Source: Nitrospinota bacterium (GTDB lineage: Bacteria; UBA8248). Taken from it: DNA of 21,011 nt. Positions 7,973 to 16,810 of the stretch are shown here, one piece after another (the first letter of the stretch is position 1; each line of letters starts with the position of its first letter). Below the pieces are notes generated by a model. It had not been told where the DNA came from. It ran no database searches and worked only from the letters and a program-made list of their open reading frames with translations. Location: contig JASLZZ010000027.1 of the NCBI GenBank assembly GCA_030754595.1, positions 1-21,011 on the forward strand, in the 5' to 3' direction. The position numbers and the translations under genes were made by a program.

Positions 7973-8935
7973 ATGCGAATCGTCATCCCGGACGACACAT
8001 CCGATCTGTTCGCGGGCTCGCCCGCCCTCGAGAAGCTCCGGAGCCTCGGCGAGGTCGAGCATTACACCGACAACGCGCCGGACCGCGAGGCGCTGCTTGC
8101 GCGCTTGGGCGACGCCGAGATTATCCTCACCACGCGCTACCAGACCGATTTCAAGGAAACCGACCTTCTCGAGCACATCCCGAACCTCAGAATGATCTCC
8201 GTCATGGGCACCCGCCCCCGGCGGATCAACATGAAGCTCGCCCGGGCGCGGGGCCTCACCGTCTCGTGCACCCCCGGCGCGAGCAGCAAGTCCATCGCCG
8301 AGCACACGATCATGATGATGCTGGCGCTCGCCAAGCGGCTTCCGGTCATGGTTCCCGGAATGAGCGGGGGTGCGTGGCCGGTGGCGAGGGGGGTCGAGCT
8401 CGAGGGCAAGACGATCTCTCTCCTGGGTTTCGGTCACATCGGGACCAAGGTCAGCGCCAAGGCGGTGGGCCTGGGGATACGGGTCATCGCCTGGTCGCGG
8501 TCGATGACCCCAGAGCGGGCCGACGAGTTCGGGGCCGGGGCCGCCTCGTTCGATGAGTGCCTCGGGGCGGATTTCGTCTCGCTCCATCTCCACGTCAACG
8601 AAGGGACGCGGGGGATCATCTCGCGCGAGGCGCTTGGAAAAATGAAGCCCCACGCTTACCTGATCAACACCTCGCGCGCCGCGCTTGTGGACGGGGAGGC
8701 GCTGATCGAAGCCCTCCGGGGCGGCCGTATCGCGGGGGCCGGCATCGACGTTTTCGAGCCCGACGAACCGCTCCCGGAGGACTCCCCCTATCGCTCGCTC
8801 GATAACGTCATCCTCACCCCGCACTCGGCCTGGGACACGGACGGCACGGTGGGCCGCTTCCTCTCCATGCCGGTGGACAATATCGAGGCGTTCATCAACG
8901 GGACCCCGCGGAACGTCGTCACCGAAGACGTTTAG
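7973..8935 (+). CDS. D-isomer-specific 2-hydroxyacid dehydrogenase (SerA-like, no ACT domain)
   Basis: 320 aa; GFGHIG Rossmann motif, INTSRA, IDVFEPDEP, LTPHSA. Confidence 0.9.
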   Translation: MRIVIPDDTSDLFAGSPALEKLRSLGEVEHYTDNAPDREALLARLGDAEIILTTRYQTDFKETDLLEHIPNLRMISVMGTRPRRINMKLARARGLTVSCTPGASSKSIAEHTIMMMLALAKRLPVMVPGMSGGAWPVARGVELEGKTISLLGFGHIGTKVSAKAVGLGIRVIAWSRSMTPERADEFGAGAASFDECLGADFVSLHLHVNEGTRGIISREALGKMKPHAYLINTSRAALVDGEALIEALRGGRIAGAGIDVFEPDEPLPEDSPYRSLDNVILTPHSAWDTDGTVGRFLSMPVDNIEAFINGTPRNVVTEDV

Positions 8936-8965
8936 ATCGTCCTCCAAACCGAAAGAGAGCGTAAA

Positions 8966-10225
8966 ATGTTCAGCGCGATTAAAGGGCTTCGCAGCCTCGA
9001 GACCGGCGACATCCTGGACGACTTGAGGCATCCCTTCACTTGCCCGAAATCGGGCGGAGCCCTTCAGGGCCTCTACGATATCGAGTGGATCGGAAAAAAC
9101 GTGGACCGCGACGAGGTGGCCCGCCGCCCCCGGGGCATCTGGCGCTGGGCCGAGCTTCTCCCGGTGCGCGACCCGGAAAACGTGGTCTCCCTCAGGGAGG
9201 GAGACACCCCCCTGATTCGCGCCGATCGGCTGGGCGGGGAGCTGGGTCTTGAGCGCCTCTTCATCCTCGATGAGTCGAGAAATCCGACGGGTTCATTTAA
9301 AGATCGAGGCGGCTCGGTGACGATCAGCAAGTGCCGCGAGGTGGGGGTGGAGCGGATCGTCCTCGCCTCCTCGGGGAACGCCGCCGCATGCTTCGCCGCC
9401 TACTGCGCGCGGGGCGGGCTCGAATATTTCGGCCTCGTCCGCGACGACAGTTCAATCGTCCACTGCGTCCAGGTGGGGGCCTACGGGTCGCTCACGCTGA
9501 TCGCCGAGGGCGACATGGCCGACGGGTCGCGGCTGGCCGAGGAAGTCTCGGGGGAGATCGGGGCGCTCCACGCCACCCTGCCGAGAAACCTCTACCGCAT
9601 CGAGGGGAAGAAAACGGCGGCTTTTGAGATCGCCGAGGCGCTGGGTTGGCGGGCCCCCGACCGCGTGATTTGCCCGACGGCCGGAGGCACGATGTCCCTC
9701 GCGATGGAGCAAGGTTTCAGGGAGATTTTCGAGCTCGGTTGGATCGACCGGATGCCGCGCATCGATATCGTCCAGACCGACGGCTGCGCCCCCATCCTCC
9801 GGGCGCTCGAGTCGGGCGGAAAGGTCGAGCCCTGGGGGCCTCCGACCACGAAATCCGCCGGCCTCACCAGCCCGTCTCCCGCCTGCGGCGACCGGGTGGC
9901 GGCGGTGGTCAAAAAGACCGAGGGCGAGGGCGTCGAGGTGACCGACGAGATGAACCTCAGGGCCGAGTTCATGATCGGTGCGAAGGAGGGGCTCTTCCTC
10001 CAGCCCGCCGCGGCGGCCGGGGTGGCGAGCCTGTTTCCGGGGGCGAGAAAGTCCGCACTTGGCCGCGATGAGACGATCGTCTGCATCGGAACCGGGACGG
10101 GCAAGAACGCCCCCGAGGTGGTCGGCGAGGCCCTCGGCCGGACCGTGCGCATCCCCGCGCGGGTGGATGCCTTCCTCGAAGCCCGGAGCCGCTGGCTCGA
10201 CGAAATGATTAAGCCGGACTATTGA
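8966..10225 (+). CDS. threonine synthase-like PLP-dependent enzyme (fold type II)
   Basis: 419 aa; LREGDTPL, NPTGSFKDRG (PLP lysine), ASSGNAA, YRIEGKKT, PTAGG, TGTGK. Confidence 0.88.
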   Translation: MFSAIKGLRSLETGDILDDLRHPFTCPKSGGALQGLYDIEWIGKNVDRDEVARRPRGIWRWAELLPVRDPENVVSLREGDTPLIRADRLGGELGLERLFILDESRNPTGSFKDRGGSVTISKCREVGVERIVLASSGNAAACFAAYCARGGLEYFGLVRDDSSIVHCVQVGAYGSLTLIAEGDMADGSRLAEEVSGEIGALHATLPRNLYRIEGKKTAAFEIAEALGWRAPDRVICPTAGGTMSLAMEQGFREIFELGWIDRMPRIDIVQTDGCAPILRALESGGKVEPWGPPTTKSAGLTSPSPACGDRVAAVVKKTEGEGVEVTDEMNLRAEFMIGAKEGLFLQPAAAAGVASLFPGARKSALGRDETIVCIGTGTGKNAPEVVGEALGRTVRIPARVDAFLEARSRWLDEMIKPDY

Positions 10226-10298
10226 TCCGGGCGGGAGCGCCTTCCTGAAAATCACCCGCGACCCGCTTTTGGGCGGGAGCGCGCTCAGGCAATCCCCT

Positions 10299-11669
10299 CT
10301 AGGCGACGCCTTCTTTTTTCAGCATCCGGATCGCCGAGCCGAATCCGGCCAGCGTTTCCTCGATGATGTCGGGGGTGTGCGCGGTCGAGACCAGGGCGCG
10401 GTCGCCGTTGAAGTCGATGCCGTGGAGGATAACGGCCTGCCGGAGCGCGCGGCTTTTCTCGGGGTGTCTCGCGTTCAGCCGCACCCAGGGAACGTCCATG
10501 ACCGACTGGTCCTCTCCGCCCGTGGGCGGCGCATCGGCGTCGTAGTAGATTTTCCAGTCGCTGTGATCGCCGTAGACCTTCCACGAAACGCTCTCGCGCG
10601 CCAGAATCTCGTTCATCCCCCGCCGAAGCGCGGCGGCCGCCTCGTTCGCCGCGCGAATCGCCTCGCCGTCCGCAATTGATTCGAGCATGGCGCAGCCCGC
10701 GGCGGCCGAAAGAGGGTTGGCGTTGAAGGTGCCGTGATGGGGGATTTTCGTGCGGCGGGTCTCCTCGGGGGTGGGCTTCGTTTCGAGGTGGCGCATGACG
10801 TCCTCCCGCCCGGCGACGGCCCCGCCGGGCAGCCCGCCCGCGAGGATTTTGGCGAAGGCGGCGAGGTCGGGGGTCACGCCGGAATGGGCCTGCGCACCGC
10901 CGGGGGAGACCCTGAAGCCGGTGACCACCTCGTCGAAGATGAGCAGCGCCCCGGCCTTTCGCGTCTCCTCGCGCAGACCCTCCAGAAAACCCGGTGTGAG
11001 GGGCACGGTCCCGAAGTGGGGGCCCGTGGGCTCGAGGATGAGCGCGGCGATCTCTCCCCCGGCGAGGGCGGATCGCACCGCCCCCATATCGTTCGTCGGG
11101 CACACCTCCACCGCATCGACGGCGCCCGAGAGCTGCCCCGCCTCGGGCTCGGCGATGTAGGGCGCGTGTACGCCGATCTCGAGGCCCTCGTGCCAGCCGT
11201 GGAAGTGGCCGGCGAACTTGATCGCGCGCGCCCGCCCGGTGAAGGCCCGCGCGAGGCGCAGGGCCATGTGGGTGGCCTCGGTGCCGGTGCCGGTGAAGCG
11301 GACGCGCTCGGCGCAGGGAACCAGGCGGCATACCCACTCGCCCCACTCGACCTCGGCGGCGTGGGAGGCGCCGTAGTGGGTGCCGCGCAGGGCCTGGTCG
11401 CGGACGGCGTCCCGGACGTGCGGCGGGTTATGGCCGAAGAGGAGGGCGCCGTGGCCCATCCAGTAGTCGATGTAGCGGTTTCCGTCGGCGTCCCATTTGA
11501 GGACGCCCTCGGCCCGTTCGACGTAGATCGGGAAGGGCCGCATCCGGCGGCTGTCGTGGGTGACGCCGTCCGGGAAGATGTTCCGGGCGCGCTCGAAAAG
11601 AGCGCGCGAGGCGGGCAGGGCTTCGGTGTAGCTGTCCTCAAGGCCCGAGGAGGAGGTGGATTCCGGCAT
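10299..11669 (-). CDS. class III aminotransferase, glutamate-1-semialdehyde aminomutase-like
   Basis: 456 aa from ATG 11669 (RBS GGAGAG); DADGNRYIDY, GTEA, FDEVVTGFR, AKILAGGLP, GTFNANP. Confidence 0.9.
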   Translation of the reverse strand: MPESTSSSGLEDSYTEALPASRALFERARNIFPDGVTHDSRRMRPFPIYVERAEGVLKWDADGNRYIDYWMGHGALLFGHNPPHVRDAVRDQALRGTHYGASHAAEVEWGEWVCRLVPCAERVRFTGTGTEATHMALRLARAFTGRARAIKFAGHFHGWHEGLEIGVHAPYIAEPEAGQLSGAVDAVEVCPTNDMGAVRSALAGGEIAALILEPTGPHFGTVPLTPGFLEGLREETRKAGALLIFDEVVTGFRVSPGGAQAHSGVTPDLAAFAKILAGGLPGGAVAGREDVMRHLETKPTPEETRRTKIPHHGTFNANPLSAAAGCAMLESIADGEAIRAANEAAAALRRGMNEILARESVSWKVYGDHSDWKIYYDADAPPTGGEDQSVMDVPWVRLNARHPEKSRALRQAVILHGIDFNGDRALVSTAHTPDIIEETLAGFGSAIRMLKKEGVA

Positions 11670-11706
11670 GTCGCTCTCCGTTGTTCGGTTCTTGGTCGAG
11701 TCCGTC

Positions 11707-12852
11707 TCAGCCCAGGTGCTTGAAGACTTCACTCATGACGTTCATTCCGCGTTCGATCTCATCGAGGCTGACCGAGTAGGTGAAACGAATGTGGCTCTCG
11801 CCCGCCGCGCCGAATTCCGAGCCGCTCCGGATGTTCACCCCCGACTCGAAGGCGCGTTTGAACACTTCCTTAGAGGAGATCGGAAACTCGTAGCGGCACC
11901 AGAGATAGAAGCCGCCCTGGGGGACGAGTGGGATCATCCCGGGGATGTTCTCGGCCATGCGGTGCATCAGGCTGCCGCGCCTGAAGTACTCCTCCGCCAT
12001 GTCGGCGACGCATTGCTGGGAGCCGTTCAGGGCGGCGGCCCCGGCGCGCTGGACGAAGGAGCAGATCGGGCCGTTGATCGAGCGGTGCACCCCGAATAGA
12101 AGGGAGGTCAGACCCGGCGGCGTGACGATGTGGCCCAAACGCCAGCCGGTCATCGAATAGGTCTTCGAAAACGTATCGAGAAGGAAGAGGCGCTCCTTGT
12201 GCTCGGTGAAGGAGAGCAGGGGGGTGTGTTCGTAGCCCGGCTGGAGGATTTTCGCGTAGGCCTCGTCCGAAATCAGGAGAAGATCCTTTTCGGCGCAGAG
12301 CTCGACGAGGGCCTTGATGTCCTCGCGTTTGTAGACGACCCCGGTCGGATTGTTGGGGTTGCAGAACAGGACGAGCCGCGTTTTGTCGGTGATCGCCGCG
12401 CGGACTGCCTCGACGTCGAGGTGATATTCCGCGTTGTGAGGGACGAGGACGGGCCGGGCGCCGAGCAGGCGGACGACGTGGAGGTAGAGGGAGTACGTCG
12501 GGTCCATGAAGATGGCCTCGTCGCCCGGATCGAGAAACGCGGTCATCAGGGTGTAGATTCCCGAGCTGGCGCCGTTGGTGGCGAAAACCTCGTCGGGGGT
12601 GTATTCGGCTCCCGTGTCACGGCGGATGGCGCCGCAGACGGCCCGGAGGAACTCGGGGTCGCCGTAGCCGGGAGCGTAGTAGGTGAGGCCCTCGTCGAGG
12701 GCGTCCTTGGCGGCCTGGCGTATATGCTCCGGGGTGGGGAAGTTGGGCGTACCGCTGTCGAGGCGGATCATGCCCTCGGGCCGCTGAGTGGTCATGTGTT
12801 TCACCCGCTCCCCGCCAGCGACGCTCTGGACGTATTGCGAAATATGGACCAT
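11707..12852 (-). CDS. class I/II PLP-dependent aminotransferase (AspB-like)
   Basis: 381 aa; GTPNFPTP, NPNNPTG, SDEAY, FSKTYSMTGWRLG, HIRFTY. Confidence 0.93.
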   Translation of the reverse strand: MVHISQYVQSVAGGERVKHMTTQRPEGMIRLDSGTPNFPTPEHIRQAAKDALDEGLTYYAPGYGDPEFLRAVCGAIRRDTGAEYTPDEVFATNGASSGIYTLMTAFLDPGDEAIFMDPTYSLYLHVVRLLGARPVLVPHNAEYHLDVEAVRAAITDKTRLVLFCNPNNPTGVVYKREDIKALVELCAEKDLLLISDEAYAKILQPGYEHTPLLSFTEHKERLFLLDTFSKTYSMTGWRLGHIVTPPGLTSLLFGVHRSINGPICSFVQRAGAAALNGSQQCVADMAEEYFRRGSLMHRMAENIPGMIPLVPQGGFYLWCRYEFPISSKEVFKRAFESGVNIRSGSEFGAAGESHIRFTYSVSLDEIERGMNVMSEVFKHLG

Positions 12853-13182
12853 GAAAAAAAGCTCCGGGTAGAAGGAATGAAAGAAACGACGGAGGGGATT
12901 ATACAGGCGGATGGCCCCTTTTATCCCGCGCCCGGAGTTTCTTTACGGTAATTTTATTGTCTGGATAATATCTATATATTCAAAAAGTTACAATGACCGA
13001 CGCGGCCGAGCGGAATATTAGCTCCGAGATCCGAAAATGAAATCGCCCCTCCCTTTGTTAGGATGAATGAAGCGGGCCGCCGGCTCCGCAAGCCTCGCAG
13101 GCTCGGGAGGTTGAGTGAGGCGGACTGCCGGCCCCGCCGCCGGACCACAACGCGGAGGCCATTTTCAATATCGGGAGCGGTG

Positions 13183-13698
13183 ATGAAAAGAGTATTGACC
13201 ACGGGTATCGGCGGGGGCTTCGTCGGCGCTCTCATCTTCTGGCTCTATCAGGTGAATTTTCAGGGAGCGACGATCCCGGCGTTCATCGGAGCGCAAATCG
13301 TCTTGCAGGGGAAATACGCCCTCTCGCCCGGCTGGGTCGGGTGGGGCGTTCACCTATGGGTGAGCCTGTCGTATGCCTTTCTCTTTGCCCTCATCGTCCG
13401 GTTTCTCCTGCCGCGCCGGTTCACCCTCAACCGCACGCTGGCGTTTGCCCTGGCGCTAGCGCTGGGTTGGATCACGACCCTCATCGCGGCGCCCGCCATC
13501 CAGATCACCATCACCCTTCTCGCGGGCAAGGGCTTTCCGGCGAAACTCTGGCCGCTGAACCCGGCCAAAGGCCGCCCCTTCTGGAATCATTTGATTTTCT
13601 TCGCCGTCGTCTGGGCGATCGACACCGGGTCGGCTTTCCTCCACGGAGAGGCCGGAGGGAATGAAGCCGGTGACCGGCCCGAAGGCGCGGGGGAATAG
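13183..13698 (+). CDS. integral membrane protein, about 4 TM helices, with two helix-embedded His (DUF1440/DUF6789-like pattern)
   Basis: 171 aa from ATG 13183 (RBS GGGAG); GWGVHLWVS and FWNHLIFF segments; family assignment tentative. Confidence 0.7.
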   Translation: MKRVLTTGIGGGFVGALIFWLYQVNFQGATIPAFIGAQIVLQGKYALSPGWVGWGVHLWVSLSYAFLFALIVRFLLPRRFTLNRTLAFALALALGWITTLIAAPAIQITITLLAGKGFPAKLWPLNPAKGRPFWNHLIFFAVVWAIDTGSAFLHGEAGGNEAGDRPEGAGE

Positions 13699-13705
13699 CC
13701 AGGCG

Positions 13706-14410
13706 ATGGGAGGCGCACTCAGCGTGAAGCGCCTGGCGCCGCTGGCGATCCTCGCGGCGGGGTTCGTTGCGTTTTTCGCGCTCGGGCTTGATCGGTATCT
13801 CAGCTTTTCCGCGCTCAGGGAGAACCGCCATCTCCTCCTCGCCTGGGTCGATGCCTGGGGCGTCGCTGCTGCGGCCGCCTACATCGCCGTCTATGCGGCC
13901 GCGGTCGCTCTCTCGATCCCCGGGGGCGCGGTGTTGAGCATCACGGGCGGCTTCCTGTTCGGCGCCCTTTGGGGGACGCTCTACATCCTCGTCGGAGCGA
14001 CGGCGGGGGCGACCGCGCTCTTCATCATCGCGAAAACTTCGCTGGGCGAAATACTGCGGGAAAGGGCCGGGCCCTGGCTGAAAAGGATGGAGGAGGGTTT
14101 CGGGGAAAACGCGCTGAGCTATCTGCTGGTCCTGAGGCTGGTGCCCCTTTTTCCATTTTTCGTCGTGAACCTGGTTCCCGCCTTTCTGGGCGTCAGGCTA
14201 TCGACCTACATCATTGGCACCTTCCTCGGGATCATTCCGGGGACCGCCGTCTTCGCCTCGGTCGGAGCCGGGCTGGGCAGCATTTTCGACGGCGGCGAGG
14301 CGTTCTCGCTTCAGGGAGTCCTGACCCCCCAAATTATCGCCGGCATGACCGGCCTCGCCCTGCTCGCCCTGATTCCGTTGGCCTACAAAAAGATCAAGGG
14401 GGCCGGGTAG
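13706..14410 (+). CDS. TVP38/TMEM64 (DedA/VTT domain) membrane protein
   Basis: ALSIPGG..GGFLFG, GATAGAT, LRLVPLFPFFVVNL, GTFLGIIPG; start uncertain (13661 ATG, 13706 ATG or 13724 GTG). Confidence 0.9.
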   Translation: MGGALSVKRLAPLAILAAGFVAFFALGLDRYLSFSALRENRHLLLAWVDAWGVAAAAAYIAVYAAAVALSIPGGAVLSITGGFLFGALWGTLYILVGATAGATALFIIAKTSLGEILRERAGPWLKRMEEGFGENALSYLLVLRLVPLFPFFVVNLVPAFLGVRLSTYIIGTFLGIIPGTAVFASVGAGLGSIFDGGEAFSLQGVLTPQIIAGMTGLALLALIPLAYKKIKGAG

Positions 14411-14451
14411 CCCGCGCCTGACGCTTCCGCGCCGGGTGCTTCCACACCGGG

Positions 14452-15141
14452 TCAGGCCTGGGCGCGCTCGAGGGTCTCCATCACCGCGGCGGTGTCGGTC
14501 ACCCACCCTAAACTGGTCTCGAAATTCCAGATGGTGGCCTGGCGCGTGAAATCGGGCCCCGTGTGATCCATCGCGTCCTCGACGAGGATGGGCCAGAATT
14601 CGCGGAAGTATGCCTCCCGCGCCGTGCTCTCGACGCAGACGTTCGTCGCCACCCCGGTGAAAAGGAGGTGGCGCACATCCATCCCCAGAAGAACATTTTC
14701 CAGATCGGTTCCCGCGAACCCGCTGAATCGGGTTTTTTTGACGACGATATCCCCGGGCCCGGGGGTCAACTCGTCGATGATCCGCCAGCCCCAGGTGCCC
14801 TCCACGATGAGCTTGTCGCCCACCTCGGGCCGCTCGCTGATCATCTTCACCGCGATGTGTCTCATCCGGTTGGGCGACATGGGCCCCCCCGCGTCGCCGA
14901 GGTCGGGCCGGTAGCCGAACTGGAGATAGATGACTTTCACCCCCGCCGCGCGGGCAACGGGCAAAAGGCGCACGTTCGCCTCGATGACGGGTTTCGTCTT
15001 CGCCTCATCGAAGCCGCTGCGGCCGCCGATGTCCAGCATCCCGCCTTTTTTGGCGTAGGCGTTTTGCATGTCAACGACGATCACCGCCGTGCGGCCGAGG
15101 TCGATCTCCACTTCCCGGGGCCGGGCCCGCAGGGTTGCCAT
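14452..15141 (-). CDS. rutB: RutB-like isochorismatase-family cysteine amidohydrolase
   Basis: 229 aa from ATG 15141 (RBS AAAGGAGG); colinear with recalled E. coli RutB: TLRARP, VVDMQNAY, AGGPMSPN, FTGVATNVCVEST, GPDF, GWV; Asp/Lys/Cys triad present; true orthology not established. Confidence 0.8.
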   Translation of the reverse strand: MATLRARPREVEIDLGRTAVIVVDMQNAYAKKGGMLDIGGRSGFDEAKTKPVIEANVRLLPVARAAGVKVIYLQFGYRPDLGDAGGPMSPNRMRHIAVKMISERPEVGDKLIVEGTWGWRIIDELTPGPGDIVVKKTRFSGFAGTDLENVLLGMDVRHLLFTGVATNVCVESTAREAYFREFWPILVEDAMDHTGPDFTRQATIWNFETSLGWVTDTAAVMETLERAQA

Positions 15142-15206
15142 GGCGCCTCCTTTTTCGTTTTGGTCCGATGATTTATTATAGGCGATAATCACGGCGCCGT
15201 TAATCT
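15102..15206. repeat. copy A of a ~105 bp dispersed direct repeat (rutB codons 1-13, RBS, promoter)
   Basis: matches 16772-16877: first block 51/56 columns identical (1 gap), promoter block 25/32. Confidence 0.9.
15175..15203 (-). promoter_or_regulatory. sigma70-type promoter of the rutB-like gene
   Basis: minus strand TTAACG, 17 bp, TATAAT (15180-15175). Confidence 0.55.
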
Positions 15207-15222
15207 CCCCGGAGGAAATCAG

Positions 15223-16131
15223 ATGGAACCCCCCAACTACGCGCTCGGCATCCTTTTCGCCACGATTGCCTCTGTCTCGTGGGCGTCGGCCAATTTCTTC
15301 ATCAAGCCGGCCCTGCGCGGCGCGCCTGTTTTAAAAACGACGGCCGTGGTCACGAGCATCAACGCCTCATGCGTCCTCATACTCACGTTGGCCTTTTTCC
15401 CCTTAGCCGCATTTCGCCCCACCGAATCCCGGACCTGGATTTTCGTCCTTCTTGCCGGAACCCTTCATTTCGGAGTCTCCCGGGCGTTTATGAACGCCGC
15501 CATACAGCGCATCGGGCCCAACCGAACCATCCCCGTGGCCAACAGTTTTCCGTTGATAACGGCCTATCTGGCGACTTTTACACTCGGGGAGCCCCTGACA
15601 TGGCGCATCGTCATTGGTCTCATCCTCCTCTTCGGCGGAATCACCCTAATCGTCCGGGCCAAGCCGGCCGTTGACGAGCCGGACCGCTCTCCCGCTGCTT
15701 CGCGGACCATCGCCGGGTGGGTCTTCGCCGGGCTCACTTCTCTCCTCATGGGGGTGTCGGCCGTTTTTCTCAAGAGGGCTTCTTTGGACCTTCATCCGCT
15801 CGTCGTCTCCTCGTTGACGCTTTGGTGCGGGGCGGCTGTCGCCTGGCTCATCGTCGGGGCGTCGGGAAAAAAGGAGCCGCAGGGAGCCATTCCCCCCGGC
15901 GCCTGGAAATGGATCCTCGCCGCCGCAGTCGGCCATTCGGTCGCCATCCCCTTCTACAATGGCGCTCTCACCCAGACCCTCGCCGTCCATGTGACATCCA
16001 TCGCCTCGGCCCAGCCCCTGATCGCGATACCCATCGGGTGGATATTCATGCGCGAGGCCGAGAACATCACCCTGCGCCTGGTCGCCGGCGCCGCGCTTAC
16101 CGTAAGCGGTACGCTGCTCGTCATCGTGTAG
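15223..16131 (+). CDS. DMT superfamily EamA transporter
   Basis: 302 aa; two repeats of about 5 TM helices; LGEPLTWRIVIG and EAENITLRLVAG repeat ends; RBS GGAGG. Confidence 0.9.
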   Translation: MEPPNYALGILFATIASVSWASANFFIKPALRGAPVLKTTAVVTSINASCVLILTLAFFPLAAFRPTESRTWIFVLLAGTLHFGVSRAFMNAAIQRIGPNRTIPVANSFPLITAYLATFTLGEPLTWRIVIGLILLFGGITLIVRAKPAVDEPDRSPAASRTIAGWVFAGLTSLLMGVSAVFLKRASLDLHPLVVSSLTLWCGAAVAWLIVGASGKKEPQGAIPPGAWKWILAAAVGHSVAIPFYNGALTQTLAVHVTSIASAQPLIAIPIGWIFMREAENITLRLVAGAALTVSGTLLVIV

Positions 16132-16253
16132 GCGGCAATTCGGGGAGATGATTCCCTCGCTGCCGCATGCGTTTTTGGATGAGAGGGGAAGCCCCTCCCG
16201 CAGAGAAGATAAATCCCACATAAATGAAGGGGGCGCTCCGGGAAGGGGTGTTC

Positions 16254-16754
16254 CTACGGTCTACTCCCTTTGGGCACCCTCACGGGTGCCACTCTCATAG
16301 GCGCACTGCCGGCGTGGCATTTTGGGCACCCACCGGCCGGTAGCAGAAGATGGGTGGCCGGGTTGAGTGCCCGGCCCGGGTTGAGTGCCCGGCCCGTGGT
16401 CTGCGCCCGGACCGGGATGACCCGCATCCCCCCAATCGCCTGTCCCCCGCCCACGGCGCATCTCGCGCACCGCCGGGAGACCTCTTTTTCGCAGCCGTAC
16501 AGGACTTCCTGATAACACCACCAGCTCGAATCGCGCTTTGAGCGCTGGGCGGTGCCGGGAGGGAGGGTGAGCCGCACCCCGTCCACGACGACAATATCCC
16601 CCGAGGCGCTTCTTTCGATGATCTCCACGCTCGCCCGGCGGCAGTTCCCGTAGCCACAGCAATTATCGGGCACGCCGGGGGGAAGGCCTGGGCGGTCTTC
16701 GTCCACGGTCGCGAGAAAAAAGGGCACGAGAGCGATAAGAATGATTCGCTTCAT
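16254..16754 (-). CDS. Cys-rich exported hypothetical protein with a C-terminal CxxCH motif
   Basis: 166 aa from ATG 16754; MKRIILIALVPFFLA signal-like N-terminus; CCGYGNC, WWC, CARC, CPKCH; 9 Cys. Confidence 0.65.
   Translation of the reverse strand: MKRIILIALVPFFLATVDEDRPGLPPGVPDNCCGYGNCRRASVEIIERSASGDIVVVDGVRLTLPPGTAQRSKRDSSWWCYQEVLYGCEKEVSRRCARCAVGGGQAIGGMRVIPVRAQTTGRALNPGRALNPATHLLLPAGGCPKCHAGSAPMRVAPVRVPKGSRP
16358..16396. repeat. perfect 18-bp in-frame tandem repeat, 2 copies (GRALNP)
   Basis: CCGGGTTGAGTGCCCGGC at 16358-16375 and 16376-16393, plus CCG. Confidence 0.95.
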
Positions 16755-16810
16755 GATTCTGCCCCCGTTGCCGATCTCCACTTCCCGGGCCGGGCCCGCC
16801 GGGTCGCCAC
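16751..16810 (-). pseudogene. frameshifted rutB 5' remnant forming a 19-codon leader ORF
   Basis: RBS AAAGGAGA, GTG start, reads (M)ATRRARPGKWRSATGAES*; its TGA overlaps the ATG at 16754 (ATGA). Confidence 0.75.

Noticed and set aside
6809..9031. 740-aa minus-strand ORF
   Set aside because: Antisense shadow of the ABC ATPase and dehydrogenase genes in GC-rich DNA; no recognisable motifs.
8966..10225. Cysteate synthase assignment
   Set aside because: The PLP motif is the ThrC-type NPTGSFKDR; nothing specific supports cysteate synthase.
10285..12951. Several long Arg/Pro/Gly-rich alternative-frame ORFs (10285-11346, 10734-11723, 10874-11641, 12130-12951)
   Set aside because: They overlap motif-supported aminotransferase genes and have the composition typical of off-frame GC-rich sequence.
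12960..13182. Riboswitch or sRNA in the intergenic region between the aminotransferase and membrane-protein genes
   Set aside because: GC-rich pairing is possible, but I recognise no aptamer consensus or terminator.
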